Shown here: positions 1-13,335 of the stretch, piece by piece
How positions within the stretch are numbered: position 1 is the stretch's first letter
How the letters are laid out: each line of letters begins with the position of its first letter
Assembly: GCF_018977255.1 (NCBI RefSeq)
Contig: NW_024704743.1
Location: 48,424,001 to 48,488,000, forward strand
Direction of reading: 5' to 3'
DNA length: 64,000 bases
Source of the DNA: Callorhinchus milii
Taxonomy: Eukaryota
The notes under the pieces: model-generated
What the model saw: the letters and a program-made list of their open reading frames with translations, nothing else
Database searches by the model: none
Told to the model about the DNA's origin: nothing
Program-made: the position numbers and the translations under genes

Positions 1-2380
1 TTGAGCAGTTTAACTTTATTGTAGTTTAAACAGGGCTGTCATTGCTAAACTTATTTTAAATACTGTTATACTGATGTGTATATTTTTGTTCATATTTTAG
101 GAATATAATTCATTGGGGTGGTGGGTAGGAGAAATGAAGGGAACTATTGGCTTGGTGCCTAAAGTGTACCTAATGGAGATGTACGACATTTGAGAAGGCC
201 TGGGTAAGTACATTTTAATTGAATCTGAGTATAATAGACCATAAGTACTTTATTCCAGTATCATTTATATAGCAAACATTCTTGTCAGGGATTCATCCTG
301 TAGTTCTAAGATGTATTGTTTCTGGGGAGGGTTATATGTTTTGGAGGCAGACTTCTGAATCTTCATGTTGTGAACTGTCAAAATATTTCCCAAGGAATAA
401 TTTACTGAATGAGAAAAAGAACTGATATGGGGTCTGTTTCTGCATTTTATTGATTTAATGCACTTCTTTTACTCAGTGTGGCTAAATGAGGATATTTCAC
501 CTGTCAAATATTTCTGAAAAATATCTTCATGAAGAAATACTCTATCTGTACCACACAGATTGCATCAGATTGACCTACTTTTACAAGAAACTAACTCTTC
601 TTTCCACTCTTGCAGCAATACATTCAGACTAGTATATTCCTTTGGGATACTAAAAATGTACAACATAAAGGAGAAACATGTTACATAAAATGAACACTGG
701 TGTAGATGCTGATTGCTTGCTTTTTTTTCTAATTTTCAGTAACTTGTGGAATTACTCTTTAGATCTCATGGTACATTGTTTATTTCCCATTAGCAAAACA
801 TTCCCACAAGAGTACAAAAGGAGAATGGTATTATACTGTACTTGACTCACATATTACACAACAACAACAACAAGATTCCATTTATTGAGCGCCTTTCACG
901 TCGGGAGGACGTCCCAAGGCGCTGTACAGTTGAAATTAGAGTAAAAACATGCCACAAAATAATTTAATGTTTTGGAATGTTTATCAAAATTACACAAAGT
1001 AATCAGGTGTGTGAGAAATAAATCCGGTATTATAGCATATTTTATCTAATCCTGTAATTTTGTGTAGCGATTCATGTTCCCATTTGGAAAAAAACATTTA
1101 CTTCGCAAAAATGTTTATGAACGTCATAGACGAATAAATTATTATTAGAATATGGTCTGTGGCTTATTTATTTCATATCGATCCAATTTGTTTTCCAGAG
1201 AAAGGATTCGGCCAAATTTTTACAGTATACTGTAGATTTACTACAGTATACTGTAAGAAAACACTAGATGGCAGTAGTTTTCTATTGCTTCATAACTGTT
1301 TTCTTCTTTTTTTCTACCAACCCCCCTCCCCCCCACTGTCACACACACTAGAACCCACCCACCTATAATGAGGGCTTGTGTGTACAAGAGAAAAAAAATT
1401 AAAAAATGGATTAAAGGCAGGGCAAGGCATGACTATCCTTGGCCAGGAGAGGGAGTTCTCATCCACCACTATGGTGCTTCAGCTCCGCAATTTATTTTAT
1501 AACAAAGATAACATCATCTTATTAACAATATAATCTATCCTCTTGCCACAGATGTGAAATCGAGAAGCAGTTAAGTGTTTAATTAAATTATTTCCTCGTT
1601 ATTGTAATTATCTTTCATCATTTCACTGATACATTATTTTTATTTTTCTCTGCTTATGCAGCATTATGAACTATAGCTCCCAGGGATTTCACACTGGTTT
1701 GGTATAATGACATCTTTGCTAAATATGTAGCTAATATGTTTGCACTGGTTTCTAAGACTTGTCATTATAACTTAATTAATTGTATTTTTTTTAAAAACTT
1801 TAAAATGTAAGGTGTGACTACTGTGTATTTTCCCCTTCCCAGTCTGTCTAGAAGTAACTGTAAGCACTGTTTTCTGTCTTGTCTGTTCTACTTTATTGAA
1901 TCTTGTTCTAATGTTCCAGTCTGCAGATTTTAAGGTTCAAATAAAGTTTAATTGTGTGCAAACTGTTGTTATGCTAATAATTTAAATGCCTGCTGTGTAA
2001 CTAATGAAATTACTGTGTTATGATTAATTTGGAAACTGGTATGTTGATTGTAGTAATTGAACACAACAAGGTGAAGTAAATGATTACAATACCATATGGC
2101 CTGTTAATCTCAAAATTTAAAGAGGATGAACTATTTTCTTGCAAAGGTTTTATTTGTATGCTTGTATTCTTTACAAATACAATAATGCCAAATTGTAATT
2201 CTATTCAAAATATTTTGCTATCATAAAGTTTTGCTTTGACCATACTTGTGTAAGTTGGCAATTGCTTTTAACTTTTGCTGTTGAATATTGTTAAACTCAG
2301 AATTAGCAAATGTTTGTTTTAAAATCTGCTTTGTTTAACATGATTCCCAAATAAAATACTTGTATTGAAGTACCTCTATG
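1..2380 (+). other. Probable distal 3' UTR of an unidentified upstream gene, with candidate poly(A) signals at 1940-1945 and 2350-2355
   Basis: U-rich, TGTA-rich unique sequence with no credible ORF. AATAAA at 1940 is followed by GT/T-rich sequence, and a second AATAAA lies at 2350. Inferred from composition only. Confidence 0.4.
859..932 (-). mobile_element. L2-type LINE 3' tail, heavily 5'-truncated
   Basis: (CAA)n tail plus gcgcctttcacgtcgggaggacgtcccaaggcgc, near-identical to the copies at 22911, 43186 and 52870. Confidence 0.85.
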
Positions 2381-5300
2381 TTTTACAACTGACTGATTGC
2401 ACTTGTTTTCTATGGATGATAATTAATGCCACACATAATGCAGTTCTGCACATCTGTTTGAGTGTTCTTGCTATAACTTGTGAGGAATATCCTGTTCAAA
2501 GCAATTACAGAAGCAGTAATATTAGGTATTGATAGAACCAGATCCAGTAAAATTAATCATTCTACAGAAGATGCACATTGTTACTAACACCTAAAAAAAA
2601 GTTTGTAATGTTTATATATTAAACAGTCATTTCACTATTTCACAAGTTTTTTTAAAATTCCTAGTTTTATTTAATTCCCTTGGTTAATTGACTTTAGAAT
2701 TATCTGTATAATACAATGTTAAATATATTTATCATGCAGAGTATCACACATATGAAAAATGTAACAGATAATAAAGCTTAGAAGATCAAAGAGAAATCAA
2801 GAATTATGGTTTCCTGGAGACAATTGTGTTCAAAGAGAAGTCTAGGTTTCTGGTGTTATTGAAGGGGTTAACAAAGAATAAAACAGTGCCAGGCTTATTA
2901 AGACATTTTAATTGTATTTTTCCTCTTAATTCATCACTGCCAACAGTTACAATTTTCAGGGAATGAGTCTTGTTTATACAAATCGCACATCATTTATTAT
3001 TTTGTGATTTTAATGCCTCTCCATAAAGTACATGCTACAAACAATTACTAACTAGCACTGGGTATAATTTTATAAGCAGCATTTAGTTATGAAACTAGAA
3101 TGGTTCAGTCATTTTCTGTTTAATGGAAATGTACATTATGTAATAAAGATGTGATGCACCAAGAAAGTTAAACATTGACTCTACATGTGGCAGAAGGTTC
3201 TGTTTTCTTTTCCAATTCTGAATCTTATTCCACCAATTTCTGAATGGCTCAGTAAAGATAAATCAGCAGTACGCTTAATTCTCAGCACAATTTGATGTGA
3301 TCATATTTATTAGACTGGTATGCACTCTTGAGTTTAGACATTTTTGTCAAAGTAATTTAATTTCCTATTTGTTCTAGATAAATTGCTTCCATCTTGATCT
3401 ATTTATTTATTTTCTATCAGAAAGTTATATTATGGTAAGAATTTTTTTGATTTTAAAAAGATTTCAATTTAATTTTTGAGTTACGCCTGCTGATATGTCA
3501 TGAGGATTATGGCAAGAAAGCTCTATCAAATCAGATAAACTGAACCCAATTATGCATTCGCAGAATGAATTAAAATATTTGCAAAGCAAAAATGCAAGGG
3601 AAGCTGTTATACACAAATAAAAACTTGTAGAATATATAAGAGATATCGGCTCCCCCAAAAATAAAATGTTGTTTTCCACAATCATCCTAGTTTTGATTTT
3701 TCAATTTTTATAAAACTATAATTGAAGAAGATCTCTGATCAGTTTGATAAAGGTTATCACCACTTTGCTCCAAAGGAAGCTGTGCATTCTAAGGTAACTT
3801 ACCTTAATATTGGTGCAGTAGTTATCTTATATTTTGCTATCGAGACATTGTCAGTCAGTCTCTTAATGTATTTCATTTGGAAGATTTTAGAAAATGTTAA
3901 ATTGTAATGGGAGAATAAAATAAAATAGCAAAACTGTCACACTTTATTTACTATAGGACTGTTCTAATTTGTAAATCTATAATATGGCAAATCTATAATA
4001 TAGAAATATTTTGTGTCTCAATGATCATTGTGTCATCTTATTAAGGAAGCATCTAGAGCAATCCAGAATTTCATTAGATTTATTGAATTTTGGATTTTTC
4101 AGATTAAAATAGCTTTATTTTAAATCTGAAATTCAGAGCGGGTCAAACATGATAGGTAATAGGTATTTTTCCTGGGTTTCTTTTTCCCTTTTTATGGGCC
4201 TGGTAATGGAACAATATATTAAGAACCAATTGAATAGGATGTGATGTAGTAAAGAACTGCAATGGTTTCTATACCACAATATATCTTTCTTTAATGAATC
4301 TGACAATAGTGTCTACAGAGAAGTACAATGCCAATAAATGTTCTGGGGATAATTTGAATGACAGTGTCATGAATACTAACATGTAGTTATTATTTCATTA
4401 CTATTAATACAGACGAAATTGCTGCAGATTTGAAAATTCTGTACTGTATATAGATTAGAATTCTCCTAAACAAAGAGAGGTTGTTTCCAAGAATTGAGTC
4501 AAATGTTCATCTGTAGTCTGCAGCACACAAAGTAATACGTTGGATCCCTGTGGTTGTGACTCGCGGTGCTGATCATCTGTTCGTTCTTCAGGGGGCTTCT
4601 CCAAACAGCAGTACATGAGGTGAGGAGGATAAGCTTGAGAAGGAGAGGGTGTATTTGCAGCTGAAGAGCAGTATTAACAACAGATTTCAAGGAAATGCCA
4701 ACCTTTGCTATTGCAATGAAATTATCAGTGCAAAATGGTGTTGGGAGCAGGAGCGAAGTCTTTGCCAGACAGATGGCACACCCTGCTGTGTATTTGATTG
4801 AAAAAGAAGGGTAACATTTGCAGGGATGTCAAAAGGATGGTGATCAGCTGAACAAATTGGTCTCAGAAGTGCACCATTGCAGGAATTAACCCTGCTGCAG
4901 GGTACATCAGGAGCTGTATTTCAAAACAGCCCCTGTTTGCAATTTTTTTAACTTTCAGGAATATTCGTCACAATAAATGTAGGATAGTGGGAAGGGGGAG
5001 GTGGGGGCAAGACTACTTGAGATCTATTGGGCACTATTGGCATCCGATGTAATTTATTACAGTAGCACTTTTTTTTCATCTCCAAAGGCAAGGAGGAAAT
5101 TTTTAGAAATGATCCAGAATTGTATTGCACTTCAGTGGTTCGGGTCTCAGATGCTTACATTAACTGGAATTCATGTGCGTTTGCAGGGAAAAATGGAAAC
5201 TGTACACCAAGTAATCACAGAGGTGCAATTGAATAAAGCAAGATATTAACAGCAAAAATCTCATCATACCTACATTCTGCTCACAGTATAAACATAGTGC

Positions 5301-7659
5301 AGTTGGAATGGGTTTTGCTCGTCTCAGCTGGCAGGCTGATTCCGCTTCAGTAAAGACAAGGTACGGAAATGTCCTTTGGGTGACATTCAAAACTCGATAT
5401 AAATCCTGTGCTTTATGAGACTGCAGTGCAATAAATTACTTAGCCTAATTGTAGATGTAATGAATTACCATAATTAGTCATGGGCTACATTAAATTAATC
5501 AGCATGGTACATTATTTTGCTAAATTACATCCTTGCCTTCAGAAGCCACCAGTGCAGCAATCAGTGTTTCTTCCAAGAGGGAATGATGCCATAATGAGAA
5601 GCCTTTCTGCTCCTAGAACTGTGACAGGATATGAATTTTGATAGGAGACAGGAAGAGTTTTAGACACTGGAGCCTCAACTTCTGCCTGGAGTGTCTGTGG
5701 TAGTTAATGATACTTCAGTCCTCCTGCAGGGAGCAGTGGACTGTGTCTGAGAAGGCTGGAGAAGATTCTCCTTACGTGGAAAGAATTCATACTTAGATGA
5801 AGCTTTAAAGCAAATGATGCTGCTAATAAAGCATAGGAAAATGAAGGGTTGGGTGGTGCAAACAGGAGTATTTTGTGGAAATGAGAGAAAGAAGAAGCTA
5901 CCGAGCACAACTGTAAAAATTTGCATGAGGATGCAAAAAAAAACTTTTAATGTGGTAATTTATGCTTTTCCTGGTGGGAATCTGTTTAATTAGTGCTATG
6001 AGGTATTGGATTTCAGCTTATCATGCACATTGTTTTCCAGCTGTACAGGCAATTGCCAAGTTTATAATGGCTTGACCCTGTTCTGTATAACAGCAGTAAA
6101 TTGCAACACATACATTGAGTGGAGGCAAAGGGCTCATTCTGTTGGGTTTTTTTGCTGTCACATCTTCCTGGGCTGGGGATTAATGGTGTGATGTTAAACA
6201 TCTGTCCCTTGTCTTTTGGGGAGGTAAACAGAGTGAGGCAATCTCGTGCCATCTACTAAAAGGTCTTGGATGGGAGAGTCCATCCCACAATTTTCATCGT
6301 GGCATCTAGATGTATTACTTTTTTATGCCAAACCCTGGAGCACTAAGGGACCTATAAATAGGCTGCATTTGGCAGCTTGGAGAAGGAGAAAAGATTTCCT
6401 CAAGACATTAGTTTTGCTAAAAGATTCATCAGTACTTGCAGTCAAGAAATAAATCTTTTACACATGTCCATCTTTATAACTAGAATAGTCAGCTTTCTAA
6501 GTTTTATTTCAGCCGTAGGTGCAATCATTACATTGAGCAGTTTCACAGGAGGACAAAGAAGAGAATCAGTCTACTTTCCGATTTTTAAATGCAAACTCTG
6601 GATGATGCATGACACAGGAGTAACGTGTAAGTTGGTACTATGGTGGTACAAAACAGAAATAGGCTAAGCAAACTACTTTGGTGATGTTGCAAATTTAATC
6701 TGGTTTCCTGGGGGGGGAAATGATCTAAATGGCGTTTTTGTATAAATGTACATAGGTATATTTTGTTTGGGCTTTTAGCATTAAGTATACTTTTAAGTAG
6801 CGATCATTATTTTTAATGGCAGCTTTCAAATCCGTAGGTGCAATCACAACAAACTTTAGAGTGGATACAATACATTTGAAAGCAGCAAACGAGACCACAA
6901 ACACACAAATTGTAGGATATAAGCAGTTAGTGGATTAGACTGTTTATTTAATTACATATTAAGTGCAATTTTAAAAAATGCAGTCAACTGATAAAATCAA
7001 TCCAATCGATTTTCCCATGTGCCTAATTTAATTTATAAGTAATACATCAGGACTGTGGAGTTTTGTTTAGAATAATAATACTTGCATCTGATAATTGTGC
7101 CTTATCACATCTAAATGTTTGAAAAGCACGATGATTAGACTGGCTTTGGAGGTCATGGAGAAATTTAGCAGCATTTTCCTCCAGGAAATCAAATACATGG
7201 TCTGGAAGGAGTCAGGCAAATAGTCCTTTCTAGTTCCTTGTTTATGTAACAAGAAAAAGTGGTGTTATCAGCTACAATTTTGTTGTTTTACCCCAGTGGA
7301 CATCTACAGATCACTGAAGCGACGAGTAGCTGTGGTTTTAGCAGCAAAAAGTCATCTATTGCAAATCTAATGACATTTTTGAGGTGGTTGCTGAATTGAT
7401 ATGAACTCACCTCTTTTATTGATGTAGGAGCAACATCTGTCGACATCAGACTTGAATGCTGCATGTTCATAACTATGGTTCATTTAATCAACAGCTACTC
7501 CCACCATTCCTTAAAGTGATTTTTATACATAATTTATTTTGTTTTAATCCTGGGCTGAATTTTTTTTTTTAAAAATGAAAGCGGTATGCATCACTTGCAA
7601 ATGCTCAAATATGTCTTTAAAAATTCTCAGTTTTACTTTATTTCTCCAGCTACAGTTGC

Positions 7660-7935
7660 TCATGGCTGTTAAAATGGTTAAATGCACCACCCAGTGTGCT
7701 GAGCCACACAGACCAGAAATATTGCAAGGTTTAAGTATATGATTAACTTTCCTGACCTCATAGGGTGGAGTGATGACAATTGGGGATATTGGAATGGGCC
7801 TCAGTACCCCTGAGCTAGGAAAAGGAAAGGTCAACCAGGGTTCCTGTCTGGGAAAATGGGTCTCAAACAAGCCATCCTAAACACAACTGGGTTTGTCTGT
7901 GATGCCCCCAAATAGCCCATTAAGAGGCACCCGGG
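7660..7935 (+). mobile_element. Old, diverged SINE-like repeat, 5' half
   Basis: Motifs gctgagccacacagaccag and ggcctcagtacccctgagctagg...ccagggttcc resemble an ancient tRNA-headed chondrichthyan repeat (from recall). Confidence 0.5.
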
Positions 7936-8142
7936 TTGATGTGTTGATTTTCCTCTTCTTTGCTCATTGTGGGGAAAGGCATTCAGAGCCTTCTCTCTCC
8001 CCACCCCCAACCATCTTCACTGTGTATCATGGTGCAGTCTTAATTCATAATCCCCTGTGCCACCAGCCTGCCCTCAGATATGATTTTAGCAGGGGAGGGA
8101 CATCAAATTTGCAAGTTGGGCTAACCATGTGTTAACACCTCA

Positions 8143-8230
8143 TAATAATAATAGTCCTTGCTTTTGATATAGCACCTTAACACATCATTGAGGCGTCTCA
8201 AAGTGCTTCATAGGATATTACTGTGAAGCA
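8143..8230 (-). mobile_element. SINE 3' tail fragment
   Basis: (TAA)n + ccttgc..tgatatagcacctt...gtctcaaagtgcttca, shared with the many SINE copies in this window. Confidence 0.75.
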
Positions 8231-11200
8231 CAAACAAATAGAGACAAGAGGGTGTTACCAATGCATTTTATTATGTTATTAACCAATGTAACATGCAGAA
8301 ACACCAATAATCTTTTATTGCTTGTTAACTGCATATTTAAAGGCACCTGTTTTTCCTCTGTACACATGGCTGCTCCAACTCCCAAATTGGAATCCGAAGT
8401 TTTTATAGTTGGAAATTCTGAGTCTGTAAGCTCTAATAATAATTAAACTATTGAAATAGCAGGTGAGCTTTCTGCATCAATGTTTAGATTTCCAATTATT
8501 GTAAATTGAGAATTGTGGAATTTTCTTTGGTGTGCAGCCATCCATGTTTATAAGCATTATTTGATCACAACACTGATTTATAAAATAGCACACTACTTTT
8601 GAGAAAATATTTTGTGGGAAAATGGATAATTTAATGTATGTTTATGCCTTAAATATTGATTAAGTCCTTTACTCCTATTATGTACGTCTTTACCAAAGAT
8701 ATTCCATTATTCCATTGTAATCTTACATCTGGATCCAGACTTCTATGTGTTATGGTTGTACTTTTTCCCCCCACATTTAACCTTTCAAAAAATGTTTTCT
8801 TACTTGCAATCAGAGAACAAAAAATCTTGCAATGTAAGCCTATTTCAACTAAATTAGAATTGTGATTCAGATTATATCTGGAAAGCAAAAATAATCCATA
8901 AGTGTGTGGATAAAACAGCAGAAGCCACATTAAATGGAAGCTTTATATTAACCTCTGTATGCTTAGATAATTCAAGCTAATTAGGTGTCTGTGTAAATGT
9001 GCATCTGCAAAATTCTTGAATATTTTTCTCAATTTGCCAAAGGAATAATGTTTTGATTACAGTATAATTTTGTAACTTTAGGATTCCTTTCGTACTATTT
9101 CATAATATATTCCAAATCTGGCAATTGTGATTTTTCCATTCCCCAAAGCTAATCATCATTTGAATAATAAACGTCACAGTAAACTGTTGTCCACAGCAAC
9201 ATTAATTGGGCATTATGAAATACTATTTAAAAGGATCTTTTATTTATGCTTCAAAGAAAATAAATTCAAGCTCCTTTTTCTCTCCTGATAAAAAAAATCA
9301 ATGCACTGAATCTGTTCCAACCAATTAGAAACAGAGTGACAGTGAAATACTGAGCACTGACTAAATGGGGAAGAGAAGAGAGTGGGGTGGGTGGGGCGGA
9401 GATTAACAAACTGAACAACGCTGGCAGAATCATGCACGGTTTACTGTTGTGTGGCTCCACCTGTAGAAAGAAAAGACCGCTATCCTGCTTATTGACCTGT
9501 TCATTGGACTGAGGGTTCAAGTAGTGGTTGCTAGCTCTAAAGGTGCTTAACGCTGCGAATAAATCATTTTCCAGAAACATAAATAATGTGATGCCCTTGT
9601 GGCAATGCTGGGATGCATTTGATCTCTTAACCCAAGGTGTCAAAGTGTGGAATACAGCCAGCAAACATGAGATGACCTCCACAATGAGATGCATGGCATT
9701 GCTAATTGGCCTGTAACTGGGATATAATGGAAATGACTAGTTTTTTTTAAAATCAGTGAGTTGGTTGTTTTGCTTGGTGTAATAGATGCTGTCACCCAGA
9801 AGTCTAATGTTAGTTATTGTAAGTGAGTGACAATCTCCACATCTTATCTGCAAAATGCTTGGGTATTACCTTTAAACCTTGCACTGTTGGCTTCAGAACA
9901 GCCACACATACACTACGCTTAGCTCATCAGCATAAAAGACTGCCTTGGATTTGATTGACGATAATTAGTTTTCAACTGCCTTCTGATGCAGAAATATGCG
10001 AATGTTCAGCAAAGCCAATCCTACCCCTGTTCATTCCCTTCGGAATTAAAGTGTATTGATCTATACTTTTTTTTCGAAAAAAGTCGACTCAGTGATTTGT
10101 ATCCAGTCACTATTAGAAGGAGCAGGATGCTGATGTCAAGTCATACATTTCAGTGTTGCAATAGTACAATGAACAGTTCTTCTCTGCATGTAATATTTTA
10201 TACCACTCCACATGATTTTAATGAAATACTAATATGGACGGACAGTTTTTATCTACATTAGCTGATGATCGATCATCAGTGCCATGCCTTCACTTCTGGA
10301 GCACTGAAATCTTGGCGTTGTGCAAATAGTGTCACTGACCTCCACTGCCTTCTGCAATTGCAGAACAGTTTTACAGTTTGGACAAACGTCATTGCTCTGG
10401 GTTGTGTGTTGCTGCTGTTACATTGGGCTAGTCCACTGAGTTTAATGGGGAACAGGGTAATATTGCAATCTGAACCGCTTAAGTGCATTCAGTGTTTCAT
10501 GTGACCCCTCCCCCCTAGTCCCCACGCTTACATCTTTCTGACACTTCCCTGTCAAGGAACAGAAGGAACTCTGATGCTTTTATGGTTATAGCCTAAAACA
10601 TGCAATTACTGAGTTCACCGTTACAACCAAATTAGTAGGCTGGAGAAGATTGTCAAGAGAGCCAGATATTGATGGTTGAAAGGCTTTTACCAAATCTCTG
10701 CCTGTAATATATAAAGCTCCGTTAATTCTTAATGTAAGAAAGTGGCCAGTGCCATCTGTCAGCTAAACCCCATGACCTGTGAATACAGGTAAAATTAAAA
10801 TGATGGAAGACAAATTTACTTTCTGTTTGGGCTTCAGATGATTTTGCTGTGGTTTGAATAGATTACAAATACATTTAAATTGCATGTTTTTATTGTATAG
10901 AAGGCGATTAGTCCACACACAATGTGCAGAATTTAACCTTTCAATTTGAATTCCTTGTATTTGCATTTCGTTGCGTTTGAAATCTGAAACAAGCTTAGAT
11001 TTCAAAGCTCTTGATTTCCAGATCTCGGAAATCCACATTCTAATTGAGATTATATTTGCAACTTTCTTTAATGAGGATGCTGGATATTTTTAAACTGCTC
11101 TACTTTGTACTAAAAACTATGGAGAGAGTGGTCATGCAGCATAATTGAGTGATACATGGGCCATAGTAGCTTTAGGAGGTTACCTGCTATTCCTCTTGGC

Positions 11201-13129
11201 ATCTGAGGCCTGCAATGTCTCATATTCTTAACCTTAAGACCAATATCATAAAAGTTATGATCATGCAGAAGTTTTGAATTTTTTTAAATTCAGTTTCAAT
11301 TTGGAATTCGGCTTTCTATCGTTCTAACCGATTTTAAAATTAAAGTTGAATTCTACACAATCTTAATTGTCTGAAGACCAGGATTACCAGGAGAGACACT
11401 GTGGGCATCTGCTGGCCACATAATGGAAATGGTCCATTATTTAGTAAGTACTTCCCAAATTATTTTTGAAAAAATATTCCTGTTTGTCTCGTGCCCTGTG
11501 TGCAACATTGGAACATAAAGAAATACCCACAGCAGTAAATTTGGGAAATATCTGTTCGGATACAAATTGAGTTCATTTGGATCAATATAGATTCTGAACC
11601 TCATTGAAGCTCATCCTAAATCAAAACCTTGTTTGTTTCTCTTGTTAGAAATTCCATCTATTAACACCTCAAACAAAAATCAATCTGGTATTGCTCTGAG
11701 AATCTCAATGTTCTTGCAGTTATTGATGGATTTTTTAAAATAGCAATCTAATTTTCTTTTTTATTGTTTCATACTATTTTATATTCCCATTTCTGCTTCC
11801 TTCCAATCCCCATGCATCTTACTTTACAGCACAGTATTATCTTGAATCCAGAGCTGCAGACCTGTATTCCCAACAACAGTGCTATGTTGGGTGCGACTGG
11901 CTTCCCTATCAATTTTTCCCTTTGTCTTCAACTCTCTCCCTTTTCCTCTCCCGTGAAAATGTATTTTAGCAGTACACGGTACCTAGCAGAAAGCATAAAT
12001 TCACTTACTCAACATAGCTGAGTTTGAATATCAGTCAAGACTGAGAACTCCAGTGTTAGTGCTTTCAGGCCACCAGAGACATTAGAATTTCTGAAACAAT
12101 ATACAGAATTGGTAGATATCTCATTATGGTTACAAATCAGTTGTATTAAAATCTCGTTGCCCCACATCTCTGCCCAATCCTATGAATGTTCAGGCCGAGG
12201 AGTGTTGAAATCAACGCTGGCATCACAGTCACTTTAAACAGGTTAAGTGCCCTTTAAGTACTTCCACACAAAAAACATGAATGGAGGCTTGTAAATAGAA
12301 GGCTACTATGCGCTAATTATTATCAATATGTTTACTATAGGAAAATCATTGAATATCAGAATCAAGATAAAATGGCCCTCAGTGTTCAATGCTTTGACAG
12401 AAAGTGTTGACGATCAGCTGTGCTAATAGTTAACAGGTAAAATTAGAATACGTGTTAATACCTTTAATACGTGTTAAACAGTGGGCTCTATTCTGGGAAG
12501 CAGTCGTCACACACGTTTATTTTTGGGGGCGGGTGCTCACTTTTAATGCACTGCACGCTTGTCAGATTAATGAAACACTTTGTAAGCATTTCCAAGGTAA
12601 CGTCTTTAAATGGGAGAGTAACCAGAGCTGGAGACAGCATACCCCAAGCTGTGTTTGTAACATCATGAAAAGTCTGTGCGTTTGTAGTTTGTGTAAGATT
12701 ATTGTTACAGGATTGTAACTACAGGGTATGTATAATTCATAGGTGAGGTTCAGCTTGGTTCACATGAACAATTTCAAACCTTCCTTCACTGATTAAAAAT
12801 GTAAAAAAAATAAAATGCACATCTGATTTTATCCTGATCTACGTACAAGACATGGGGTCATCCTGCCCTGAAATGCAGATTGTGTCTGAACAAACCTGAA
12901 GCAATTATGTCTCTCGGAACTTGTTCTCTCTTGTGACCATTGACATCTAACGCCTGCACTGAAAAGCACCACCAGATTAACCACCCCCACAGCCACCCCA
13001 CCACCACCCCACATACACACAAACACACCAAAAATTAGCTTATAAATATTACAAGTGATAAGAACGATCTGTTACCATTAAATTATGAGCTGCTCAGATT
13101 TTACTCTCGTTTTTCAATGCTCTCTGAAC

Positions 13130-13335
13130 CCTGGAATGCTGAAAATGCAGAGCAGGTAAATCAACATCTAAAAAAGAGAGACAAGTTAATGGTCGAGTTA
13201 TGACCTTTCAGTAGTTCTGCAGACGTTAACCTGAAACTCACTTTTGGCTTTCTCTTTCAGACCCCTGATATATCCACTGCTGTGCATTTCCAGCCTTTTC
13301 TGTTTTTATTTAACATTTCCAGCCTTTGCAGTTTT
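13130..13335. mobile_element. Penelope-type terminal-repeat fragments in inverted arrangement
   Basis: The left part resembles 32420-32530. The right part is its reverse complement (aatgctgaaaatgcagagcag vs ctgctgtgcatttccagcctt). Confidence 0.6.

Noticed and set aside
10262..10325. CTGATGA ... GAAA as a possible second hammerhead
   Set aside because: The cagtgc/gcactg helix is not adjacent to the core, CTGATGA is sequestered in its own palindrome, and no stem I or III with an NUH site is evident
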